Assembly (NCBI GenBank): GCA_018716965.1
Contig: DVJF01000069.1
Span: 8,158 to 72,157 of the forward strand
DNA: 64,000 bases
Source of the DNA: Candidatus Caccenecus avistercoris
Lineage (GTDB): Bacteria > Bacillota_I > Bacilli_A > RF39 > UBA660
Reading direction: 5' to 3'
The position numbers were made by a program, and so were the translations under genes. Under the pieces are notes generated by a model. The model was not told the DNA's origin and did not search any database. It saw only the letters and a program-made list of their open reading frames with translations. Shown one piece after another: positions 43,937 through 54,011 of this stretch. Position 1 is the first letter of the stretch; each line of letters opens with the position of its first letter.

Positions 43937-45028
43937 CTATATATTATTTCGATTATCAATAATAACTTTTCTATTACCATTTAAATCTAAATAATAAGCA
44001 TATACTGTTTTTTCAGAATAAGTATTTTTAAGAACTGCTTTAAAGAACATTTGATATCCAACATAACCCGTACCAGCTGTATTTTTAATTGGTGTAATAT
44101 AACTATTACCATCACTATCATGTGTTTTAACAACAATATCTGAATTTAACTGATTCATTTCTTGAACTAATTTCTGATATTCTCTAACATAAACATCATT
44201 AGCCTTATTAGCATACGTATATAAACTTCCCACTGCACAATTACCATCAACTAGATAAGCTAAAGGATATAAACTAGTATATTCCTTCTTACCATAATGA
44301 CAAGTATTAGTAATAACATTCTGATTATCATCATTCGTATTAGATCCATTATTATTTGAATTATTATTATTACCCGTATTGCCATTACTATTAGATGTAT
44401 TATTACCATTATTATTATTACTATTATTATTATTACTATTATTATTACTTGGTGGATTGCTAGGACGATTAGTAGCTGTTCCATTATTTTGATTAGAATT
44501 ATTATTACTACTATTATTGTTATTATTAGTATTTTCTTCTTCTAAAGGTTCTTCTTCCTCTGGAGTATCTACTACATTATTTTCATCATCTTCTGTTGTA
44601 TCATCTTCTTGAACAGTTCTCTTAATCGTATTCACAATTGTATCACTATCATTTTCACAAACTAAAGTTACTTCTAATCGGTAATTTTCCTCATCAAGTT
44701 TTGTTGCTTCCGCATAACTATCAGTCGTATTACATGAATTACCTTCTTCATCTAAAAATTCTACTAGCAAATTTTGTTCAAACATCTCTTCTAAAGTAAT
44801 ACTTTCCGATTCTCCGACATCCTCTGGAAGTCTTGAACCCACAAAATATTCTGTTGCGGCATCTCTCATCGCACTTAAATTAGTTCCAAAATTAGACTCT
44901 TTTGCTTCATCCTTTGTAAATATTGAAATCAAGAAAAGAACAATAAAAACTACCACTAACAATATCCCAAGTTTAATTAATAATGATTTCCAATTAATAT
45001 GAAAAGGTACACTCTTATCTTCGTACAT
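43937..45028 (-). CDS. Membrane-anchored protein with a pilin-like two-Cys module and a long Asn/Ser-rich low-complexity linker
   Basis: Start set at MYEDKSV (ATG 45028, SD AAAGGGGG). TM helix LGILLVVVFIVLFLISIF. ...EGNSCNTTDSY...YRLEVTLVCEN. About 70 residues of N/S/G repeats. Confidence 0.65.
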   Translation of the reverse strand: MYEDKSVPFHINWKSLLIKLGILLVVVFIVLFLISIFTKDEAKESNFGTNLSAMRDAATEYFVGSRLPEDVGESESITLEEMFEQNLLVEFLDEEGNSCNTTDSYAEATKLDEENYRLEVTLVCENDSDTIVNTIKRTVQEDDTTEDDENNVVDTPEEEEPLEEENTNNNNNSSNNNSNQNNGTATNRPSNPPSNNNSNNNNSNNNNGNNTSNSNGNTGNNNNSNNNGSNTNDDNQNVITNTCHYGKKEYTSLYPLAYLVDGNCAVGSLYTYANKANDVYVREYQKLVQEMNQLNSDIVVKTHDSDGNSYITPIKNTAGTGYVGYQMFFKAVLKNTYSEKTVYAYYLDLNGNRKVIIDNRNNI

Positions 45029-45096
45029 ACACAAAACCCCCTTTGGTTTGGTTGCTATAATACCACAAAAGTAGGCGCTTGTCAAACAATTTACCA

Positions 45097-45125
45097 TTGA
45101 CTAACGTATGTTCGCATGATATAAT
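45097..45125 (+). promoter_or_regulatory. uvrA promoter (TTGACT, 17-nt spacer, TATAAT) with a Cheo/LexA-like box in the spacer
   Basis: TTGACTAACGTATGTTCGcatgaTATAAT. The box CTAACGTATGTTCG (45101-45114) differs from CGAAC-N4-GTTCG at one position. Confidence 0.55.
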
Positions 45126-45187
45126 AAGCATGCTTTTAGTAATGAATTATTTAGTTTATGGAAAACTAATATAAAGGAGTGTTACAC

Positions 45188-48001
45188 ATGGATAAAATAA
45201 TAGTTAAAGGAGCTAGAGAAAACAATCTTAAAAATATAGATATAGAACTACCAAAAAACAAACTTATTGTGATGACCGGAGTATCCGGAAGTGGAAAATC
45301 ATCCCTTGCTTTTGATACCATTTTTGCCGAAGGACAAAGAAGATATGTAGAAAGTCTAAGCGCTTATGCTCGTCAATTCATTGGCATTAGTGAAAAACCA
45401 GATGTGGATTCTATTGAAGGTTTAAGTCCAAGTATTTCCATTGATCAAAAAACAACTAATAAAAACCCTCGAAGTACTGTCGGAACAATTACCGAAATAT
45501 ATGATTATTTAAGATTACTTTATGCTCGTATAGGTATTCCTTATTGTCCAAAACATAATATTCCTATCACTAGACAATCCATTGAAGAAATGACAAACCG
45601 TATTATGGATTTAAATGCCGGAAGCAAGTTAGAAATTATGGCTCCCATCGTTCATGGTGAAAAAGGAACTCATAAAGACTTATTTGATGAACTAAGAAGA
45701 AGTGGATATTCTAGAGTTCGCGTAAATGGCGAAAATCGTTCATTAGATGAAGAAATTGTTTTAGAAAAAAATATCAAAGACAACATTGAAGTTATAGTAG
45801 ATCGCATCGTCCTAGACCCAGAAGAACGAGGTCGTATTTTTGAAGCAATTGAGGCAAGTTGTAAATTAGCAAACGGCAAAGTATTAATTAATGTAATTGG
45901 TAATGAAGAAATTTTAATGAGTGAATCTTATGCTTGTCCTCATTGTAACTTTTCTATTCCTGAACTAGAACCAAGATTATTTTCTTTTAATGCTCCATAT
46001 GGTGCCTGTCCTGAATGTAAAGGTCTAGGAACAAAACTAAAAATTGGGGAAGCTCTTCTTATGCCTGATAAAAACAAAAGCATTTTAGAAGGCGGTATTA
46101 AAACAATTAGTAATGAAGAAAATATGGATACCGTTCAACTTTTAACAGTATGTGAACATTACAATATTGATGTAAATAAACCTCTAAAAGATATTCCAAA
46201 ATCTCAATTAGACATTATTCTTTATGGTTCTAAAGATAAAATTGATTTTAAATATACATCCAAAAGTGGTAATGTTCGTTACGTAACAGATTATTATGAA
46301 GGAATAATTAATAAACTAGAACGACTTCACTTAGAAACTACTAGCAATTGGCGAAGAGAATGGATTGAAATGTATATGGTTGAATCTCCTTGTCCAAAGT
46401 GCCATGGAGCTAGACTTAGTGATATGGTTTTATCCGTTAAAATAAATAAAAAGAACATTTATGAAGTAACCAACTTTAGTATTTTAGAATTAAGAGATTT
46501 TATCGCTAAATTAAAACTAACTAAAGAACAAATGGAAATTAGTGGTTTAGTAACCAAAGAAATATTAAATAGATTAGATTTCTTAATCAATGTTGGTCTA
46601 GGTTATTTAACCCTATCAAGAAGTGCTGGTACCCTATCAGGAGGCGAAGCCCAACGTATAAGATTAGCTACCCAAATAGGTTCTAAATTATCCGGTGTTT
46701 TATATGTCCTTGATGAACCAAGTATTGGACTTCATCAAAAAGATAATGAAAAACTAATTAAAGCCATGCAAGAAATGCGGGATTTAGGAAACACTTTAAT
46801 TGTTGTAGAACATGACACTGACACCATGCTAGCTGCCGACTACCTAGTAGATATAGGCCCTGGGGCTGGTGAATTTGGAGGACGTGTTATGGCTGCCGGT
46901 ACTCCAAAAGAAGTAATGGAAAATCCTGATTCACTAACTGGACGTTATTTATCTGGTAAAGAGTGTATTGAAGTTCCTAAAAAACGAAGAAAAGGGAGTG
47001 GCAAATCTCTAAAGATTATAAAAGCAAAAGAACATAACCTTAAAAATATAAATGTCGAAATACCTCTAAACAAATTTGTATGTGTAACAGGCGTTTCCGG
47101 AAGTGGTAAATCATCATTAATTAATGAAATTCTCTATAAAACTCTAGCAGTCCAAATTAATGGTTCAAAACAAATTCCCGGAGCTTGTAAAGAGATTAGA
47201 GGAATTGAAAACGTTGACAAAGTAGTTCACATAACCCAAGATGCTATTGGAAGAACTCCAAGAAGTAACCCCGCTACTTATGTAGGTGTCTTTGATGATA
47301 TAAGAGATGTATTTACAAATACCAAAGAAGCCAAAATGCATGGATATGACAAAGGAAGATTCTCATTTAACGTAAAAGGTGGTAGATGTGAAGCCTGCTG
47401 GGGAGATGGTGTTAAAAAAATTGAAATGCATTTCTTACCAGACGTGTATGTTCCCTGTGATGTTTGTGGAGGAAAAAGATACAACAAAGAAACTCTTGCA
47501 ATTAAGTTCAAAGGAAAAAATATCGCTGATGTTCTAGACATGAGAGTATCTGAAGCATTACCATTCTTCGAAAATATACCAAAAGTATATAACAAATTAA
47601 AAGTAATGGATGAAGTAGGTTTATCTTATATCAAACTTGGACAGTCAGCTCCTACTTTATCAGGGGGAGAAGCTGGACGTGTAAAACTTGCCAAAGAACT
47701 TCAGAAAAAACCAACCGGTAAAAGTATTTTCATCTTGGATGAACCAACCACTGGATTACACAGTGAAGATATCAAAAAACTTCTTACAATTCTAAATAGA
47801 ATTGTCGATAATGGAGACACCGTAATTGTAATTGAACATAACCTAGATGTTATTAAAGTTGCAGACTATATTATTGATTTAGGCCCTGAAGGTGGAAATC
47901 TTGGTGGAGAAATTGTAGCAACCGGAACCCCTGAACAAGTAGCCAAAAATCCGAATTCTTATACTGGTATCTTCTTAAAGAAAATATTAGAACAAAAATA
48001 A
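45188..48001 (+). CDS. uvrA: Excinuclease ABC subunit A
   Basis: Two ABC modules (GVSGSGKSS twice, LSGGEAQR / LSGGEAGR), zinc-finger Cys clusters. Start at ATG 45188 after AAAGGAG. Confidence 0.96.
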   Translation: MDKIIVKGARENNLKNIDIELPKNKLIVMTGVSGSGKSSLAFDTIFAEGQRRYVESLSAYARQFIGISEKPDVDSIEGLSPSISIDQKTTNKNPRSTVGTITEIYDYLRLLYARIGIPYCPKHNIPITRQSIEEMTNRIMDLNAGSKLEIMAPIVHGEKGTHKDLFDELRRSGYSRVRVNGENRSLDEEIVLEKNIKDNIEVIVDRIVLDPEERGRIFEAIEASCKLANGKVLINVIGNEEILMSESYACPHCNFSIPELEPRLFSFNAPYGACPECKGLGTKLKIGEALLMPDKNKSILEGGIKTISNEENMDTVQLLTVCEHYNIDVNKPLKDIPKSQLDIILYGSKDKIDFKYTSKSGNVRYVTDYYEGIINKLERLHLETTSNWRREWIEMYMVESPCPKCHGARLSDMVLSVKINKKNIYEVTNFSILELRDFIAKLKLTKEQMEISGLVTKEILNRLDFLINVGLGYLTLSRSAGTLSGGEAQRIRLATQIGSKLSGVLYVLDEPSIGLHQKDNEKLIKAMQEMRDLGNTLIVVEHDTDTMLAADYLVDIGPGAGEFGGRVMAAGTPKEVMENPDSLTGRYLSGKECIEVPKKRRKGSGKSLKIIKAKEHNLKNINVEIPLNKFVCVTGVSGSGKSSLINEILYKTLAVQINGSKQIPGACKEIRGIENVDKVVHITQDAIGRTPRSNPATYVGVFDDIRDVFTNTKEAKMHGYDKGRFSFNVKGGRCEACWGDGVKKIEMHFLPDVYVPCDVCGGKRYNKETLAIKFKGKNIADVLDMRVSEALPFFENIPKVYNKLKVMDEVGLSYIKLGQSAPTLSGGEAGRVKLAKELQKKPTGKSIFILDEPTTGLHSEDIKKLLTILNRIVDNGDTVIVIEHNLDVIKVADYIIDLGPEGGNLGGEIVATGTPEQVAKNPNSYTGIFLKKILEQK

Positions 48002-48030
48002 AGTTGCAGAATTTATCTAGCAACTTTTTT
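48001..48030 (+). terminator. Intrinsic terminator after uvrA
   Basis: AAGTTGC-agaatttatcta-GCAACTT followed by TTTT. Confidence 0.6.
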
Positions 48031-48058
48031 CAATAAAAACAATATTTTTCTAATTACA

Positions 48059-48136
48059 TACTGAAACATTTTACATAAGTCAATAAAATCTTTCACTACT
48101 ACTGAAACATTTTACGTTATTTCAAAAAATGTTTCA
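48059..48136 (+). repeat. Three copies of a TGAAACATTTT motif (two direct, one inverted) upstream of the pilin-like gene
   Basis: TACTGAAACATTTTAC at 48059-48074 and 48100-48115 (41-nt spacing). The inverted copy AAAATGTTTCA at 48126-48136 forms 11-bp arms with copy 2. Confidence 0.6.
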
Positions 48137-48209
48137 ATAATCTTTACAAAACTAGACTCTACTTCTTTAATTATTCACATAAATAGTTTATAATTAAAAT
48201 GGTGATAAT

Positions 48210-48545
48210 ATGAACAAGAAAGGATTTACTTTAATTGAGCTTTTAGCTACGATTGCCATTATGACTGTTATAGCAACCGTTCTTACTATCAATGTATTAG
48301 ACATCTTTGAAAGTAAAAAGAAAATAACAGACAATACCAAGAATAATATTATTGCCACTGCTGCTAATGTTTACTTAGAACTTAAAGAAAATAAAAATTT
48401 AAAAGAAAATTGTAAAGTAAATGGATGCAGTATTACCGTAAATACTTTAATTTTAGAAGGTTTATTAAATGAAGAAGATGTGGATAACTCTAAAGTTATA
48501 AACATTTATTATGAAAATAATGAGCAAAAATATAAAATAAGTTAG
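48210..48545 (+). CDS. Prepilin-type N-terminal cleavage/methylation domain protein (ComGC/pseudopilin-like)
   Basis: MNKKGFTLIELLATIAIMTVIA is a canonical class III signal (G/FTLIE). 111 aa with a Cys pair (CKVNGC). Confidence 0.8.
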   Translation: MNKKGFTLIELLATIAIMTVIATVLTINVLDIFESKKKITDNTKNNIIATAANVYLELKENKNLKENCKVNGCSITVNTLILEGLLNEEDVDNSKVINIYYENNEQKYKIS

Positions 48546-48555
48546 GAAGTGAATT

Positions 48556-49188
48556 ATGGCAAAATTAACATTTAGATACAGTGCTATGAATGCAGGAAAA
48601 TCTACCATGGCCATGCAAGTAGCCCACAATTATGGGGAAATTGGTGCAAACATTTTAGTTTGGAAACCACTAATAGATACCAAAGGAGAAGATACTATCA
48701 CTAGTCGTATTGGCATCAACCGCAAAGTAGATCACTTATTAAGTGATACAGATTCTCCTGTAATACTTATTAAAGAAGTTTTAAAAACAACTCCTAATAT
48801 CGATGCGATAATTGTAGATGAAGCTCAATTTTTAACCGAAAGCCAAGTAAATGAATTATATTACATAACCAAAATATTTGATATAGCCGTTCTTTGTTTT
48901 GGCTTACGCTGTGACTTTCAAATGCAAGGATTTGTAGGTGCTCCAAGGCTACTTCTTCTTGCTGATGACATAGAAGAAATAAAAACTCTTTGCAGTTGCA
49001 AGAAAAAAGCTACTCAAAATCTAAGACTTGTAAATGGCAAGCCAACTTTTGAAGGAGAACAAGTAGCTATTGATGGAACAGAAGATATAACCTATAAATC
49101 AGTATGTGGAGAATGTTTTATTAAATACTATTTAGAATGGATGAAAAATAAAGAACAGCCATTAATAAAAGAAAGGAAAAAATTATGA
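48556..49188 (+). CDS. tdk: Thymidine kinase
   Basis: SAMNAGKST P-loop, VDEAQFL, C-terminal zinc Cys pairs (CSCKKKA...CGECF). Confidence 0.92.
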   Translation: MAKLTFRYSAMNAGKSTMAMQVAHNYGEIGANILVWKPLIDTKGEDTITSRIGINRKVDHLLSDTDSPVILIKEVLKTTPNIDAIIVDEAQFLTESQVNELYYITKIFDIAVLCFGLRCDFQMQGFVGAPRLLLLADDIEEIKTLCSCKKKATQNLRLVNGKPTFEGEQVAIDGTEDITYKSVCGECFIKYYLEWMKNKEQPLIKERKKL

Positions 49189-51281
49189 AAGAAAAAATTT
49201 TAAATACTCTTAAAAATATTCATGAAGCCAAAACTCTAATAGAAATTAATGATTTATTAGGATTAACTACCGTCCAAGAATATCAAGAACTAGAAAAAAA
49301 TATCGAAGAACTAGTGATGGACTATCAAGTATTTAAGACGAAAAAAGATAAATACTTATTAATGAAAAACTGTCCAGGATTAAAAATTGGCAAATTATCA
49401 GTTAATAAAAAAGGATTTGGCTTTCTACTATTAGATAAAGAAGATGATATTTATATAGCTAGCACAGATATGAACGGTGCTATAAATGATGATATAGTTT
49501 TAGTAGAAGTAACAGAAAAAGGATTAGAGCCAGCTGGTAAAGTATTAAAAATAATAAAAAGAGATTTAAAAAATATTGTTGGAGAGATTAAAGTATCCAA
49601 AAAAGAAAAAATACTAGAACCAGACGATGATAAAGTAAATCTAAAAATAATCTTAAGTCCTGAAACCAGCAAAAACTGTGTCGAAGGACACAAAGTATTA
49701 GCCAAACTTACCAAAAAAATTGATAACAAAACCTATAAAGCCGACTGCCTAAAAATTCTTGGCCATAAAGATGATGCCGGAATAGATATTCTAAGTATTG
49801 CCTATAAATATGGAATATTTGATGAATTCAGTAAAGAAGTAGAAGAAGAACTAAATAATATTCCTGAAGAAGTATTAGAAAGTGAACTTACAGGCAGAAC
49901 TGACTTAACAAGCAAAATGATATTCACCATTGATGGAGCTGACACCAAAGATATTGATGATGCCATCAGTTTAGAAATAAAAGACAATATTTACACTTTA
50001 GGAGTTCATATTGCTGATGTATCCCATTATGTTTTAGAAAACACAGCTCTAGAGGGTGAAGCATACTCTAGAGGTACTTCTTCTTATCTAGCAGATACTG
50101 TAATACCTATGCTACCACACAAGCTATCAAATGGTATATGCTCGCTGAATGAAGGAGTAATAAGATTAACAATGAGTTGCGTAATGGACATAAACCAAAA
50201 TGGAGATATTATAAACTATGATATTTTCCCAAGTTTCATTAAATCAAGAAAAAAAATGACCTATGATAATGTTAATGAAATATTAGAAAACAATAAGATT
50301 CCTAAAGGCTATGAAGAATATGCAGAAACTCTAAAAAAAATGCATGAACTAGCTACTATCTTACGAAAGAAAAAAGTATCACGTGGCTACATCGAATTTG
50401 ATATACCAGAAGCCAAAATTATCCAAGATGAAAATGGAAAAGCTATCGATATTAAAAAAAGAGTACAGCGTTCTGGAGAAGCCCTAATTGAAGACTTTAT
50501 GATCGCTGCCAATGAAACAGTAGCAACTCACATCAGTAACATGGAACTTCCATTTATTTACCGTGTCCATGACTTACCAAACAATGATAAAATTGAAGAT
50601 TTCTTAAATCTCGTAAAAGCATTAGGTTACAACATTAAAACAAATGTGAAAGAAATAACCCCTAAAACGATGCAAAAGTTATTAGAAGAACTAAAAGATA
50701 AAAAAGAGTTCTATATTCTATCTACCCTTCTTCTAAGAAGCATGAAAAAAGCCGTTTATTCTAAAACAAATATTGGCCACTTTGGATTAGCTAGTAAGAA
50801 CTATACTCACTTTACTTCTCCTATTAGAAGATTCCCGGATTTAACAGTCCATAGATTACTAAAAAAATACCTAATCGAAAAAGATTACAGTATATCTACT
50901 ATTAATTATCTAGAAAATTCTTTAGTTGAAATCGCTGATCATTCCAGTGAACGAGAACTTGCTTCTACAAATGCTGAAAGAGATGTGAATGACATGAAAA
51001 TGGCTGAATACATGGAAAGTCATATTGGTGAGGAATATGATGGTATCATTAGTAGTGTTACATCATTTGGATTCTTTGTTGAACTTCCAAACTTAGTAGA
51101 AGGACTAGTTCATATAAGCACCATCAAAGGTGATTACTATGAATATGTTCCTGAACTTTTATCTTTAATTGGTAAAAGCACCAAGAAAACTTATCGTATT
51201 GGCGATAAAATAAAAGTAAAAGTTATTAATGCTTCCAAAGAAACAGCTCAAATAGACTTCGAAATAGTAGGTGAAAAATGA
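49185..51281 (+). CDS. rnr: Ribonuclease R
   Basis: Cold-shock-like N-terminal domains, RNB core FTIDGADTKDIDDAISLE...HFGLAS..YTHFTSPIRRFPDL, C-terminal S1 domain. Confidence 0.92.
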   Translation: MKEKILNTLKNIHEAKTLIEINDLLGLTTVQEYQELEKNIEELVMDYQVFKTKKDKYLLMKNCPGLKIGKLSVNKKGFGFLLLDKEDDIYIASTDMNGAINDDIVLVEVTEKGLEPAGKVLKIIKRDLKNIVGEIKVSKKEKILEPDDDKVNLKIILSPETSKNCVEGHKVLAKLTKKIDNKTYKADCLKILGHKDDAGIDILSIAYKYGIFDEFSKEVEEELNNIPEEVLESELTGRTDLTSKMIFTIDGADTKDIDDAISLEIKDNIYTLGVHIADVSHYVLENTALEGEAYSRGTSSYLADTVIPMLPHKLSNGICSLNEGVIRLTMSCVMDINQNGDIINYDIFPSFIKSRKKMTYDNVNEILENNKIPKGYEEYAETLKKMHELATILRKKKVSRGYIEFDIPEAKIIQDENGKAIDIKKRVQRSGEALIEDFMIAANETVATHISNMELPFIYRVHDLPNNDKIEDFLNLVKALGYNIKTNVKEITPKTMQKLLEELKDKKEFYILSTLLLRSMKKAVYSKTNIGHFGLASKNYTHFTSPIRRFPDLTVHRLLKKYLIEKDYSISTINYLENSLVEIADHSSERELASTNAERDVNDMKMAEYMESHIGEEYDGIISSVTSFGFFVELPNLVEGLVHISTIKGDYYEYVPELLSLIGKSTKKTYRIGDKIKVKVINASKETAQIDFEIVGEK

Positions 51282-51706
51282 TAGAAATTAAAAATAAAAA
51301 AGCCTACTTTGATTATACTATTCTAGAAAGTATAGAAGCTGGAATATCTTTAGTAGGCACAGAAATTAAATCAATTCGTAAAGGTAGTGTAGATTTAAAA
51401 GATACCTTTATTACGATTAAAAACAACGAAGCTTTTATTCTAAATATGTATATTGCTAAATATGAAGAAGGAAACATCTTTAATCATGATGAGCGAAGAA
51501 CTAGAAAACTATTATTACACAAAAAAGAAATACAAAAACTAAAAGAAAAAGTAAGCACAGAAGGCCTTACTTTAATACCTCTAAAATTATATTTTCACAA
51601 GAATCATGTAAAAGTTTTAGTAGGTTTATGTAAAGGTAAAAAACTATATGACAAACGCGCTTCTATAAAAGAACGAGATTTAAAAAGGGAAACCAGATAC
51701 TACTAG
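51278..51706 (+). CDS. smpB: SsrA-binding protein SmpB
   Basis: KNKKAYFDYTILESIEAGISLVGTEIKSIRKG...RTRKLLLHKKEI; ATGA overlap with rnr. Confidence 0.93.
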   Translation: MIEIKNKKAYFDYTILESIEAGISLVGTEIKSIRKGSVDLKDTFITIKNNEAFILNMYIAKYEEGNIFNHDERRTRKLLLHKKEIQKLKEKVSTEGLTLIPLKLYFHKNHVKVLVGLCKGKKLYDKRASIKERDLKRETRYY

Positions 51707-51716
51707 TTTCCCTTTT

Positions 51717-52229
51717 CTATTTAAAATAATCAATAAACAAAATAATAGCATTTATAACTAAAATAACACCAATAATAACGAGTACTGCATTAGAGAAAAA
51801 TATACTATAAATACCTAATGCTATTAAAATAATATTACTAACTGTTGAGAAATTCTTATAATTATTAAAGCTTATAGATGTAAGTAACCGACTAACTCCC
51901 ATAAATATAAAGAAAAATCCCAATACATAACGAATACTAGTTTCTAATACCCCACTAAGTACAATTAAAAGTACACCAATAATAATAGATACAACAGCAA
52001 TCGTTAAATTAATATTTTTATATTGTACAATTTCTTTATTCTGATAATACAGAACAAAAGATTTAATACCATAAATAATAACAATAATACCTAAAACATA
52101 AAATAAAAGTTCTACAACTTGATTACTCCTAAACATCAAAAGTAATCCTAACACCAAATAAATAATTGGATTAAGTAAGTTCTTACTCTCTTTCTTTTCC
52201 TTCTTTGGTTTAATAATTTCTGCTTTCAT
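51717..52229 (-). CDS. Polytopic membrane protein (DUF308/HdeD-like appearance)
   Basis: 170 aa, about 6 short TM helices in a repeated G-rich pattern. Confidence 0.5.
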   Translation of the reverse strand: MKAEIIKPKKEKKESKNLLNPIIYLVLGLLLMFRSNQVVELLFYVLGIIVIIYGIKSFVLYYQNKEIVQYKNINLTIAVVSIIIGVLLIVLSGVLETSIRYVLGFFFIFMGVSRLLTSISFNNYKNFSTVSNIILIALGIYSIFFSNAVLVIIGVILVINAIILFIDYFK

Positions 52230-52333
52230 ACTTCACCTCTAGTAATATTATATAATGTTTAAAAATTTTAAGCAAGGAAAATTGAAACTAAATACAATCC
52301 GTGTTATAATTAGATAGAATAAGGAGGATTAGT

Positions 52334-54010
52334 ATGCTAGCAAAAAAAGACGCATTAGAAATACTAAAAAGATACAATATAAATTCTGGAAAATATGAAC
52401 CAACTATCTATGAAAACAACAATCAAATAGGAATATGCCTAGATATAAAAGACTCTTTATTTGGTTTTCTAACTAGAATATTTACCTTTAACGAAAAAGA
52501 AGAATTAAATAGTTTTCTAGCATCTTTTTTCTGGTATAAAAATAATCATCAAAAATACAACATCAAACTTACATTAGATAAATATGACACCAAAAATCCT
52601 CAAATTATTTATCTTTTCAATAATGAAAAACTAACATTAGAAAACATGCTAAATATGGAAAATTATTTAGAAACAAAAGAAGAAAACAAAGCAAAAGACC
52701 ATGAAAAAGAATATTATTTAAAATGTGTTGAAGAACTAACAAATTATCTTATAAACTTTAAACAAATGAAAGAAAACATCAAACTTGAAAAAAATAAGTT
52801 AAAAACAGAAGAAAATGATTTAAAATATTCTTTATTAACTGAACTAACTATTTATTATGGCAAAGAAAAACCATTAACAAAAAAAGAAATTACTCTAGAA
52901 AGTCCTTCCATTATCGATAATTCGCTTTTATTAGAAAATCTTAAAAACATAAAAACAAAAAGCTTACAAGAAGTAAAAGACTATTTAAATGCTTTAATAA
53001 ATAATATTAAAGTAGAAGAACTAGACGAAAAGAATCTCGTTAATATATACTCTAATAGTGTTTATAAATACAACATTGATATTCTAAAAAAGCAAATAGA
53101 TTTTGTTAAAAGTAAAATAAACGCCGAAAAAAATTTCAATGTCAAAGGAAGCAAAATTCATAATATTGATGCAGAATTAAAGTCTTTTCTAAAAACTAAT
53201 GTAGCTCCAACCAAAATTGAAATCTTCTTAATAGATAATCAAAATAAAATTATGGAAAAATTTCAAAAAATAACCGACCTTAAAAATGCCTGTGAAATTA
53301 TAACAGGACACAAAATAAATATCGAGCCTTTAGAAGAAGAAAAGATACAAGAAGAAATAGACATAGATAAAGTCTTAAATAATAAATTTAAAGAATTAGA
53401 CAAAAGCACTCAAAGTAACCTAATTCTTTATCACTCCCTTTATAAACCTCTTTGCAACTATATTATAAATAATAATTATCCTGATAAAGACACTATTATT
53501 TCTAACTTTGATTTTAACCATTATTATCAAGAATTAGAAGAAATAGTATACCATGAAAATAACAATCATTACTTAATTAATTATTTTTCACATCTAAATT
53601 TCAAAGATTTAAATAGTTACTTAGATAGTATCATAAAAATATGTCAAGATGTAGAAAACACAAAATTTCATCTTCCTGATAATATAAATCTTTTCTCTAT
53701 ACCAGATAATAATAAATACAAACAACTAACAAAATTACCTAGCAAAAACACAAAATATCTAATTACTACCAATCATGATTTACTGTTTATTCCTACTAAA
53801 TTAGAAATTGATTGGAACACATTAGAAATAAGTATCGAAGAAGACCAAGCTTATTATACAAACGAATTCATTATAGAAGACCTTGAAAGCATAACTTTAG
53901 TAAAATATAATAAAACAAATATAGAAAAAGATGGTATAATAATAACAACGGACTTAACAGAAGATTATACTACTACTTTTAATAAAAGTCATTTAGAAGG
54001 AGGAAACTAA
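52334..54010 (+). CDS. Large hypothetical protein (558 aa), Asn/Lys/Glu-rich, no recognisable family
   Basis: Uninterrupted ORF with SD AAGGAGG. Next gene starts 1 nt after its stop. Confidence 0.6.
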   Translation: MLAKKDALEILKRYNINSGKYEPTIYENNNQIGICLDIKDSLFGFLTRIFTFNEKEELNSFLASFFWYKNNHQKYNIKLTLDKYDTKNPQIIYLFNNEKLTLENMLNMENYLETKEENKAKDHEKEYYLKCVEELTNYLINFKQMKENIKLEKNKLKTEENDLKYSLLTELTIYYGKEKPLTKKEITLESPSIIDNSLLLENLKNIKTKSLQEVKDYLNALINNIKVEELDEKNLVNIYSNSVYKYNIDILKKQIDFVKSKINAEKNFNVKGSKIHNIDAELKSFLKTNVAPTKIEIFLIDNQNKIMEKFQKITDLKNACEIITGHKINIEPLEEEKIQEEIDIDKVLNNKFKELDKSTQSNLILYHSLYKPLCNYIINNNYPDKDTIISNFDFNHYYQELEEIVYHENNNHYLINYFSHLNFKDLNSYLDSIIKICQDVENTKFHLPDNINLFSIPDNNKYKQLTKLPSKNTKYLITTNHDLLFIPTKLEIDWNTLEISIEEDQAYYTNEFIIEDLESITLVKYNKTNIEKDGIIITTDLTEDYTTTFNKSHLEGGN

Positions 54011-54011
54011 T

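Noticed and set aside
51707-51716. Expected tmRNA (ssrA) next to smpB
   Set aside because: Only 10 nt separate the smpB stop from the convergent membrane-protein gene. No tRNA-like acceptor or T-arm sequence (GGTTCGAATCC-type) was seen anywhere in the window on either strand. ssrA must lie elsewhere.
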